Shown here: positions 28,053 through 36,076 of the stretch, piece by piece
Position numbering within the stretch: position 1 is the first letter of the stretch
How the letters are laid out: every line of letters starts with the position of its first letter
Source of the DNA: Oscillospiraceae bacterium
GTDB taxonomy: Bacteria; Bacillota; Clostridia; Oscillospirales; CAG-272
Direction: 5' to 3'
DNA length: 64,000 bases
Assembly: GCA_015065075.1 (NCBI GenBank)
Contig: SVRA01000001.1
Location: forward strand, 12,234-76,233
The notes under the pieces: model-generated
The model's database searches: none
What the model was told of the DNA's origin: nothing
Seen by the model: the letters and a program-made list of their open reading frames with translations, nothing else
Program-made: the position numbers and the translations under genes

Positions 28053-31000
28053 ATGTTCAAATATAACAGTATGATCTCAAGCATTAAGGACGACGACAAG
28101 GTGAGGATACTCACCGATGTTATGTCCTTGTCAGACGGAGAGAGAGTGCGTCTGGGGATCCCGGGATTTGCCGTTCTCAATATGCGACGTATGCTAAAGG
28201 ACGGAAAATATCCTTCGCCTCAGGCGTTGGCTCATTCATGGGACAATAAGCTTATATACGAGCTGTCGGGGGAGGTCGCGCTTTCCGCTGCAAGCTCGGC
28301 ATCAAGCGTGATATTAACACCGGGTGCAAAGGTGAAGCTATCTCCCTACAGAAACGAAATGTCGGAGGATATATATCTTTCACGGTCGCTTGCGACCGAG
28401 TTCGCGCGCGGGGTAAAGTACGCGGGCTCTGCGGCGGCTGTGTCGGGATATTATCTGTCGGATACTGACGTCGAGTGGATGGATGCCTCGCCTTCAAGGG
28501 CAGTCTTGCACGAGTTTTTGATAGAGCCGTTCAAGCGCACTCTTATTGACGGACAGGCGCCTGCGGTAATTACCGATAGACGTATTCTTGCAAATGAATA
28601 TTCAAACGAAAATGCATATTTATCGGACGAGAAAATGGGTAACGTGCCTAGCGGTACTTGCGTAGTAGCAAAGCGCGTTTCTGCGGAAGACACCGTGCCG
28701 TTCCTCGTAAATGGAGGAATATGCCTTAAGGGCTCGCAATCAGCCCTTGAAAACGCTCTTAAAACCTACTATAAGCTTCAAAAGAAGCAGGAGTCGGGTG
28801 AGGTCACTATGGGCGAGGTTGAAGCCGAGATAAAAGCGGGCAGAGCGATCTCCCCCGAGCTTATTGACGCTGCTCTTGAAAGATTATTCACTTTCCTGCT
28901 TAAATCGGATGCGGAGAAGGGCAAAAGGCTCCTTCCCGATCAAAAGGAACAGCTTGCGTTGCGCGCGACAAGAAGCTCCGTGGTTCTTTTGAAGAACGAA
29001 GGCGCAATGCTTCCCTTGAATATAAAAAACGTATCCTCGGTCGCTCTGATAAGCGGTATAGCGGATGAAAGCGGTCTTCTTGACAGATGTGAGGCACAGC
29101 TTTTAGCTAACGGAGTCGGTAAGGTAGAAAAGGCAAGGGGGTATGATTTTACTAAGGACGTCGCGACAAGCGATGACGATTGCCTTGAGGCACTTTCGGC
29201 AGTCGGCACGTGCGATCTGACGATCTTGTTCGTGGGACACGGCGAAAAGCGAGGAAACGATATTTCCTTATCGCATAAAGTATCTTTGCCCGCAAATCAG
29301 CTTGAATTGGCAGATAGGCTAATTCCTCATGCCAAAAAGGTCATCGTGGTTTTGGAAACCGGATATGGTGTTGATATGGCGTTTGCGGAGCCTTTCTGTG
29401 CGGTTATGCTGGCACCCTTTGGAGTGAGAAACGACGCTTCCGTGATAATTGATACGCTGCTTGGCAAGTCCGAGCCCTTGGGCCGATTGCCGTATACGCT
29501 TTATTCCGATATTGACGGATATTCAGAGAAGCATTTGTCGTATCGCGATAAATACGGCGTTAAATCGGGTAGATTCGTGGGATACAGATATTATACAACT
29601 GCGGGTCTTCAGGAAAAATATCCGTTCGGACACGGGCTTTCATATACGAAATTCGCTTATTCAAAGCTTGAGGTGAGCGGCAATACGGTCAGCTTCACGG
29701 TTACTAATACGGGTAAGCGTGCAGGCAGAGAGGTCGCCCAGATATACGTGGGATCGAAGGATTCTCGATTGATACGACCTGCTCGTGAGCTGTGCGGATA
29801 CGCCATTGTCGACCTTAACGTCAAGGAAAGCAAGCGTGTCAGTGTAGAAATTGAGCTTCCTGCGGTATTCGACGAGAACAGTAACAGCATGATAGTTGAA
29901 AAGGGAACGTACACCGTTTACGTGGGTTCGTCCTCAACCGATATAAAGCTGAGTACTAAAATTCACGGTGGAAGTGAAACCGTAAGCGCAGGATCGGAAG
30001 ATAAGCTTTACGAGTATCTTCAGACCGAATCAAACATTATAGGTGACAAATATACTTTAGAGGCAGGTTACAAACTTATGAAGAGATCCATAAAAAATAT
30101 AGTATGCGGAATAGGAGCGAGCGTCCTGGCGATAGCTCTCGGTGTATATAACGCATTAACGTCGTCTGCGACGTTTTTGGGAGTGCTTACCGCGATACTT
30201 GCGGTAACGGGAATAATTTTCTTTATCGTTGACGCGGTTGAGAAGAACAAGGCATATGCTAAAGAGCGCGAAATGATAGCCAAGGAAAATCAGAAGCACT
30301 TTGAAGACGCTGAAAAGCTTGAGGAATTCTCTGCGGAAAATATGTTCAGAACCGAATTTGACGCAGTGTCGGAAAATCAGAACGACACGCAACAGGTTAC
30401 CGTAAAGGAGCACAAGAGCTACGACGAGTCGCTCAAATACGTAGACAAAAAGCTGGATTTCGCCCGTGCGACCAAGGAGTTCAAGGTTTTTGCGCTTGAG
30501 AGAGGGCTTATGCTTGACGATGAAGTGGTGAAGGGCATTTTCGCGTCTGTTTCCGCTTCGAGAATGTTGGTATTCAAGGATATGAGCTCGGAGGATTTCA
30601 AGAGCTTGATATCGGCGCTCTCCGAATATTTCGGAACGAAGACCTACATTGATAAGGTTGATCCTTCGTATGTTAACGAGGAAAGCGCCCTTTTCGCAGT
30701 AGATGAAGAGGGACACCGTGTCAAGAAGAATATGACTTATGCTATCGAAAGCGCCTTGAACGTCAAGGAAAAGCTGCATATAGCCGCGCTCGACGGTGTT
30801 AAATCAGAGGATATGATGGTGTACTTTGCTCCTTACGTTAAGCATGCGAAGAATCCGTTTGGATATACCTCGGTGGTCGCGCATAACGAGCGTAATAAGG
30901 AAACGGCGTACTATATACCCAAGAATATATGGTTTGCGATAAACCTTGCTATTGGTGAATCCTACGATATGATCCCCGACTTTCTCTCTGAGATAGCAAC

Positions 31001-31610
31001 GGTAAATCGTATCTCGATCTCAAAGAGCACACCCTCGAATAAACACTCGGATTTTGGCAATTTCTATTATTATCAGCTGGACTACATAAGTGAGCGTGCC
31101 GTAAACCGTTACGTTATAGGTGAGGAGCTCTGGAAGAAGATAGACTCTCTTGAAAAGCGCGTAAAGAGCATTGCGCCCGAATTTGCGATAAACAACAAGA
31201 TGTGTTTGGCATTTGAAAAGAGTGCGGCAGCGCTGATGGCAGCAGGGCTCGAAATAAAGCAGAGCGTTGATATGGCTCTGGCGGTAAAGATCATGCCCTC
31301 GATTCTGTTCGTGACAAGCGGCAAGAAGACCGAGTCGGGAGACTCGATCGTTGAGATATTTGATTCGGTTTTCGGTGACGACGATATGATGAAGTGCGCC
31401 GAGGTGATCAAGGATGCCGAAACCTATAAAAAAGACAGCTATTCACAGCCCGAGACAGTTCAGAATTCGGATATCGAATACGAGGTCAAAACGACAGAAG
31501 ATGATAAGGCAGACGTAGCCGAGGCCGTTGACTTGGCAGAGGATACCGCAGACGTAAATGAAGATCAATCGCCCTCTGATAGCGAAGATTCAAATAAAGA
31601 TCAGGATTAA
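28053..31610 (+). CDS. multidomain protein: divergent glycoside hydrolase family 3-like region + Fn3-like domain + TM hairpin + degenerate McrB-like AAA+ domain + acidic tail
   Basis: The ORF runs from GTG 28017, but the ATG at 28053 has RBS ggaga.
- GH3 hallmarks: LGIPGF, SVVLLKNEGAMLPL, LGRLPYT, GHGLSYTKF and an Fn3-like REVAQIYVG...RELCGYAIVDL.
- Two TM helices at 30099-30239.
- The C-terminal region aligns with the downstream ATPases but has Walker A DMSSEDFK and Walker B LDGVK. Confidence 0.8.
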   Translation: MFKYNSMISSIKDDDKVRILTDVMSLSDGERVRLGIPGFAVLNMRRMLKDGKYPSPQALAHSWDNKLIYELSGEVALSAASSASSVILTPGAKVKLSPYRNEMSEDIYLSRSLATEFARGVKYAGSAAAVSGYYLSDTDVEWMDASPSRAVLHEFLIEPFKRTLIDGQAPAVITDRRILANEYSNENAYLSDEKMGNVPSGTCVVAKRVSAEDTVPFLVNGGICLKGSQSALENALKTYYKLQKKQESGEVTMGEVEAEIKAGRAISPELIDAALERLFTFLLKSDAEKGKRLLPDQKEQLALRATRSSVVLLKNEGAMLPLNIKNVSSVALISGIADESGLLDRCEAQLLANGVGKVEKARGYDFTKDVATSDDDCLEALSAVGTCDLTILFVGHGEKRGNDISLSHKVSLPANQLELADRLIPHAKKVIVVLETGYGVDMAFAEPFCAVMLAPFGVRNDASVIIDTLLGKSEPLGRLPYTLYSDIDGYSEKHLSYRDKYGVKSGRFVGYRYYTTAGLQEKYPFGHGLSYTKFAYSKLEVSGNTVSFTVTNTGKRAGREVAQIYVGSKDSRLIRPARELCGYAIVDLNVKESKRVSVEIELPAVFDENSNSMIVEKGTYTVYVGSSSTDIKLSTKIHGGSETVSAGSEDKLYEYLQTESNIIGDKYTLEAGYKLMKRSIKNIVCGIGASVLAIALGVYNALTSSATFLGVLTAILAVTGIIFFIVDAVEKNKAYAKEREMIAKENQKHFEDAEKLEEFSAENMFRTEFDAVSENQNDTQQVTVKEHKSYDESLKYVDKKLDFARATKEFKVFALERGLMLDDEVVKGIFASVSASRMLVFKDMSSEDFKSLISALSEYFGTKTYIDKVDPSYVNEESALFAVDEEGHRVKKNMTYAIESALNVKEKLHIAALDGVKSEDMMVYFAPYVKHAKNPFGYTSVVAHNERNKETAYYIPKNIWFAINLAIGESYDMIPDFLSEIATVNRISISKSTPSNKHSDFGNFYYYQLDYISERAVNRYVIGEELWKKIDSLEKRVKSIAPEFAINNKMCLAFEKSAAALMAAGLEIKQSVDMALAVKIMPSILFVTSGKKTESGDSIVEIFDSVFGDDDMMKCAEVIKDAETYKKDSYSQPETVQNSDIEYEVKTTEDDKADVAEAVDLAEDTADVNEDQSPSDSEDSNKDQD

Positions 31611-31621
31611 GGAGATCGCAA

Positions 31622-32944
31622 ATGCTAAACTTTACAATGGCCAACGCGTTTGGCTCAATTCCAGCCGCATTTATGTCGCTTACTGATCTTTTGTCTTCTC
31701 CCGGTGCGATCTTTACTTATCTCTTCGTAGTGCTAGCGGCAATAGCGGTCATAGTTATCGCCATTATCATTAAGGAAAGAGGTCAGTCGGGCGCGGTAGA
31801 GTATAAGATTTCTTATGACGGCGCGGCAGCCCCCAAAACGAAGAAAGAGGAGCCCGAGGAGACCGGAGAGCGCTTCTATATGCTGAGTACGATAGACGGC
31901 AATGAGAAGAGTTATATGAGAACGAGCTACGATAAAGGAGTAACGCTCAAGGAGCTGTGCGACAATTTCAGGAACTACTCTGCAAGTAATCTGGGACTGT
32001 ATTACGATATCGAGGATATCAGAAGATTTATTGCAGGCATGTCGGTATCACATATATTGATACTTCAGGGTATGTCGGGAACAGGTAAGACCTCGCTTGC
32101 GTACGCTTTCGGCTCGTTTATGGATAATTCGTCAACGGTAATACCCGTACAGCCTATGTGGAAGGAAAGGACTGACCTTATAGGATACTATAACGAGTTT
32201 ACGAAGAAATTTAACGAAACGCTCCTGCTTGAGAAGATGTACGAGGCGAATTACAGTGAGGATATATACATATCGGTGCTCGACGAGATGAATATTGCGA
32301 GAGTAGAGTACTATTTTGCTGAATTTTTGTCACTTTTGGAGCTTCCGAACCCCGACGACAGATATCTTGAGGTAGTGCCTGACAAATGGCCTACAGACCC
32401 GAAGAATCTGATCGAGGGAAGAATAAAGCTGCCGAGCAATATGTGGTTTATCGGAACGGCAAACAACGACGACTCGACGTTTGCGATATCGGATAAGGTA
32501 TATGACAGAGCGATGGTGTTGAATCTTGACACGAGAAGCGAGAGATTTGCGGCACCGTTGACCGAGAAGATGCATATATCGGCGAAGCAGTTCAAGGAGC
32601 TAGTAGATGAAGCGATAAAGGAATATGATATCAGCAGAAGAAACAGAGCAAGACTGGAGCAGCTGGACAAATATCTTGTCGATCATTTCCATATCACGTT
32701 CGGAAACCGAATAATGAAGCAGATAAGAACGTATATTCCGGTGTATATAAGCTGCGGAGGCGACGAGCTAGATGCACTTGACGACATATTGTCGAAGAAG
32801 GTAATGAGAAAGCTTGAAACGCAGAACCCGATATATCTGAGAAACTCAGCCGAGGGACTTATATCGTTCCTTGACGAATTGTTCGGTCAGGATAAGATGA
32901 CCTTGTGCAAGGACTTTATCCACAGACTCCAGAGAAACGCCTAA
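31622..32944 (+). CDS. membrane-anchored McrB-like AAA+ NTPase (paralog 1)
   Basis: 440 aa.
- One N-terminal TM helix.
- Walker A GMSGTGKT (32069-32092).
- Walker B VLDEMN (32276-32293), followed by IARVEYYFAEFLSLLE, as in the McrB segment DEINRANLSKVFGE.
- FIGTANNDDS, an NxxD-type motif as in McrB NTAD.
- No DNA-binding N-terminal domain. Confidence 0.8.
   Translation: MLNFTMANAFGSIPAAFMSLTDLLSSPGAIFTYLFVVLAAIAVIVIAIIIKERGQSGAVEYKISYDGAAAPKTKKEEPEETGERFYMLSTIDGNEKSYMRTSYDKGVTLKELCDNFRNYSASNLGLYYDIEDIRRFIAGMSVSHILILQGMSGTGKTSLAYAFGSFMDNSSTVIPVQPMWKERTDLIGYYNEFTKKFNETLLLEKMYEANYSEDIYISVLDEMNIARVEYYFAEFLSLLELPNPDDRYLEVVPDKWPTDPKNLIEGRIKLPSNMWFIGTANNDDSTFAISDKVYDRAMVLNLDTRSERFAAPLTEKMHISAKQFKELVDEAIKEYDISRRNRARLEQLDKYLVDHFHITFGNRIMKQIRTYIPVYISCGGDELDALDDILSKKVMRKLETQNPIYLRNSAEGLISFLDELFGQDKMTLCKDFIHRLQRNA
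31829..32944 (+). repeat. 1.1 kb direct repeat, copy A (ATPase module)
   Basis: Near-identical to 34921-36036 at a constant offset of 3092 bp. The encoded 371 aa are identical. The differences I found (31831, 31837, 31912, 32932) are all synonymous. Confidence 0.95.
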
Positions 32945-32959
32945 AAAGGAAATTACCGT

Positions 32960-34660
32960 ATGAACGAGTTAGATACATATTATCGAGCACTGCTCGAGTT
33001 GCGAAACACAACGAATAGTGTCCGACAGTGTGCGATGCTAAACGCGGCTATCGCCGCGGCTGACGCCGAGGATGACAAAATAGTCGTAACGCGCGCAAAG
33101 TGCACCGTCGACGAGGATTGGATATGCGCTATTGAGGAAGGTCTTATACATATCGAAAAGGCCATCAAGGAGGAGCGTCAGTTTATACGCTCCAACGGCG
33201 AGGTCATTCCGATAGAGAAGGTGAAGAACGTGTCCAAGGAATCTGTACAGCACCTGGCAAGACACGGAAATCTCATCACTCACGTGCCCGAGGACGAAAA
33301 CGATATCGTGCCCGATAAGCTCTTTTCGGTAGAGCGACTCAACGATTATACCGTGTACGAAAACCGTTTTCTGTATATGCTGCTGTGCTATCTTCGCGAT
33401 TTTGTCACGCTGAGATATAATAAGATCCTGGATCTTACAAATAAATACGACGGCGCGCTTACTATGAATAAGACCGTATCGTCCGCAAAGAGAAAGATGA
33501 CATTCGTCTTAGATCTCAAGGAAGAGCGCCGCGACGACAGATACCTGAGCAACAACAATAAGGCAAAGCCGCTTATCGACCGAATAGACATCATTCTTAA
33601 GACTATATTGGCATTTTTGGCGACTCCGCTTATGGAATACGCGTCAAAGGTGGCTATGCTCAAGCCCCCGATAACCAAGACCAACGTATTGAAGATGGAT
33701 AACAACTTCAAGGGCGCGGTCAAGCTTTACGATTTTATAATAGCTTACGACAAGGTGGGCTATTCCGTTGAAAACGAGGCGCTCACCATCTCTCCCTTTA
33801 ACGATAACCTTGCGGCAGAGCTTGCCGATTGTAGCGCTTTGATATCTTTTATAACCTACGAGTACGGACTCGGTATAACCTCCGAGCTCAAGGACCGTTA
33901 TATAGAAAATGAAAGCCGCCGCAAGCTAGAGGAGCTCAGAAAAAAGACCGAGCAGCTCGAGGCGCTCTCAAGAAGACTCAAGAAGTCCGACGTGAGCGTT
34001 GAGGAATATATACTTGCTTTAGAAAAGCACGTGCGCGCCCTTGACGCCGAGTGCGCAAAGATCGAGGCGCTCAGAAATGAAATATCGGCTATGAAGGCCG
34101 CCGAGCGTGAGCATATCGCCAAGATCGGCGAGCTGACCGAGGCGGTAGATCTTGTCAAGCAGGAGCTGAACGAGGAAAAGCACAATCACTTGGCGGAAAA
34201 AGCCCTCCTTCAAAAGCAACATCAGAGCGATATGGATGCTCTTTGCCAAACTCACAGAGATGAGCTCCGCGTCAACAACGAGCGCCATGAAAAAGAGCTT
34301 GAGGAGATCCGCTTGCACATTGGCAAAATGGAAAACGACTTTGCCGCACAGCTTGATCGTGAGAGGGCAGTATCGCAGTCGGTACGCGACGAATTAGCCA
34401 AAAAGACCGAGAAATACGATCAGCTATACGAGAGATTTCTCTTGGCAGAGGCGATCGCGAACGGGGTGCGTGCCCGCCGAGGAGAAGAATTGGGCGATTT
34501 CACCGATAAGGAGAGCTTTGACGAGCTCGAAAAGCAGTACAACGCCTTTCTGCGCTTCTATAAGAAGGAATGGCAAAAGACTAAGAAGAAGATAAGAAAG
34601 AATACGCTCAAGATTGAAAATTTTAAGAAAACGAAAGACGACAGTGACGGTCTTGAATAA
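32960..34660 (+). CDS. coiled-coil protein in the McrC-equivalent position, no recognisable nuclease domain
   Basis: 566 aa. The N-terminal roughly 300 aa are globular, including YTVYENRFLYMLLCYLRDFV. The C-terminal roughly 260 aa are heptad-rich E/K/L/R coiled coil ending in a basic tail, KKEWQKTKKKIRKN. It lies between the two McrB-like genes. Confidence 0.65.
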   Translation: MNELDTYYRALLELRNTTNSVRQCAMLNAAIAAADAEDDKIVVTRAKCTVDEDWICAIEEGLIHIEKAIKEERQFIRSNGEVIPIEKVKNVSKESVQHLARHGNLITHVPEDENDIVPDKLFSVERLNDYTVYENRFLYMLLCYLRDFVTLRYNKILDLTNKYDGALTMNKTVSSAKRKMTFVLDLKEERRDDRYLSNNNKAKPLIDRIDIILKTILAFLATPLMEYASKVAMLKPPITKTNVLKMDNNFKGAVKLYDFIIAYDKVGYSVENEALTISPFNDNLAAELADCSALISFITYEYGLGITSELKDRYIENESRRKLEELRKKTEQLEALSRRLKKSDVSVEEYILALEKHVRALDAECAKIEALRNEISAMKAAEREHIAKIGELTEAVDLVKQELNEEKHNHLAEKALLQKQHQSDMDALCQTHRDELRVNNERHEKELEEIRLHIGKMENDFAAQLDRERAVSQSVRDELAKKTEKYDQLYERFLLAEAIANGVRARRGEELGDFTDKESFDELEKQYNAFLRFYKKEWQKTKKKIRKNTLKIENFKKTKDDSDGLE

Positions 34661-34665
34661 TTGTT

Positions 34666-36036
34666 ATGGGAAATAAAAAGATAGACAAAAAGTGGATATT
34701 TTTGATGATCGCGGTTGCAGTTGCCACGCTTTTGTTGGCATACGCGCTGAGCACGGCAGACCTTAGCTCTATGCTGAACGGTGCAGTGCGCCCACAGCAC
34801 GTCAGGGCGATAATAATATTTATGATCGCGATTCCGATCCTTCTTATCGCGCTGATTGCGGTTATGCTCCTGATGAAGCCTGAGACGAAGACGGTGGTAA
34901 CGCATATGCCCGACGTAGTTGCTCCCAAGACGAAGAAAGAGGAGCCCGAGGAGACCGGAGAGCGCTTCTATATGCTGAGTACGATAGACGGCAATGAGAA
35001 GAGCTATATGAGAACGAGCTACGATAAAGGAGTAACGCTCAAGGAGCTGTGCGACAATTTCAGGAACTACTCTGCAAGTAATCTGGGACTGTATTACGAT
35101 ATCGAGGATATCAGAAGATTTATTGCAGGCATGTCGGTATCACATATATTGATACTTCAGGGTATGTCGGGAACAGGTAAGACCTCGCTTGCGTACGCTT
35201 TCGGCTCGTTTATGGATAATTCGTCAACGGTAATACCCGTACAGCCTATGTGGAAGGAAAGGACTGACCTTATAGGATACTATAACGAGTTTACGAAGAA
35301 ATTTAACGAAACGCTCCTGCTTGAGAAGATGTACGAGGCGAATTACAGTGAGGATATATACATATCGGTGCTCGACGAGATGAATATTGCGAGAGTAGAG
35401 TACTATTTTGCTGAATTTTTGTCACTTTTGGAGCTTCCGAACCCCGACGACAGATATCTTGAGGTAGTGCCTGACAAATGGCCTACAGACCCGAAGAATC
35501 TGATCGAGGGAAGAATAAAGCTGCCGAGCAATATGTGGTTTATCGGAACGGCAAACAACGACGACTCGACGTTTGCGATATCGGATAAGGTATATGACAG
35601 AGCGATGGTGTTGAATCTTGACACGAGAAGCGAGAGATTTGCGGCACCGTTGACCGAGAAGATGCATATATCGGCGAAGCAGTTCAAGGAGCTAGTAGAT
35701 GAAGCGATAAAGGAATATGATATCAGCAGAAGAAACAGAGCAAGACTGGAGCAGCTGGACAAATATCTTGTCGATCATTTCCATATCACGTTCGGAAACC
35801 GAATAATGAAGCAGATAAGAACGTATATTCCGGTGTATATAAGCTGCGGAGGCGACGAGCTAGATGCACTTGACGACATATTGTCGAAGAAGGTAATGAG
35901 AAAGCTTGAAACGCAGAACCCGATATATCTGAGAAACTCAGCCGAGGGACTTATATCGTTCCTTGACGAATTGTTCGGTCAGGATAAGATGACCTTGTGC
36001 AAGGACTTTATCCACAGACTCCAAAGAAACGCCTAA
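34666..36036 (+). CDS. membrane-anchored McrB-like AAA+ NTPase (paralog 2)
   Basis: 456 aa. Unrelated N-terminus with two TM helices, then 371 aa identical to paralog 1. Confidence 0.8.
   Translation: MGNKKIDKKWIFLMIAVAVATLLLAYALSTADLSSMLNGAVRPQHVRAIIIFMIAIPILLIALIAVMLLMKPETKTVVTHMPDVVAPKTKKEEPEETGERFYMLSTIDGNEKSYMRTSYDKGVTLKELCDNFRNYSASNLGLYYDIEDIRRFIAGMSVSHILILQGMSGTGKTSLAYAFGSFMDNSSTVIPVQPMWKERTDLIGYYNEFTKKFNETLLLEKMYEANYSEDIYISVLDEMNIARVEYYFAEFLSLLELPNPDDRYLEVVPDKWPTDPKNLIEGRIKLPSNMWFIGTANNDDSTFAISDKVYDRAMVLNLDTRSERFAAPLTEKMHISAKQFKELVDEAIKEYDISRRNRARLEQLDKYLVDHFHITFGNRIMKQIRTYIPVYISCGGDELDALDDILSKKVMRKLETQNPIYLRNSAEGLISFLDELFGQDKMTLCKDFIHRLQRNA
34921..36036 (+). repeat. 1.1 kb direct repeat, copy B (ATPase module)
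   Basis: See copy A. The repeat ends exactly at the stop codon, and the flanking sequences differ. Confidence 0.95.
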
Positions 36037-36076
36037 AGGGGCAAAACAATAACTATATATAGAGAAGTTTTTAATT

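Noticed and set aside
28053-30000. Secreted beta-glucosidase
   Set aside because: There is no signal peptide, the N-terminal catalytic barrel is shortened and divergent, and the region is fused through a TM hairpin to a pseudo-AAA+ domain. The call is kept as GH3-like only.
31622-36036. Classical McrBC type IV restriction system
   Set aside because: The ATPase motifs are McrB-like, but both ATPases replace the DNA-reader N-domain with TM helices. The partner shows a coiled coil instead of a recognisable PD-(D/E)xK nuclease. It is reported as a repurposed McrBC-like module instead.
31829-36036. The 1.1 kb direct repeats as ends of an IS element or composite transposon
   Set aside because: The repeats are the coding sequence of the ATPase itself and end at its stop codon. 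No transposase, terminal inverted repeats or target-site duplication is visible.
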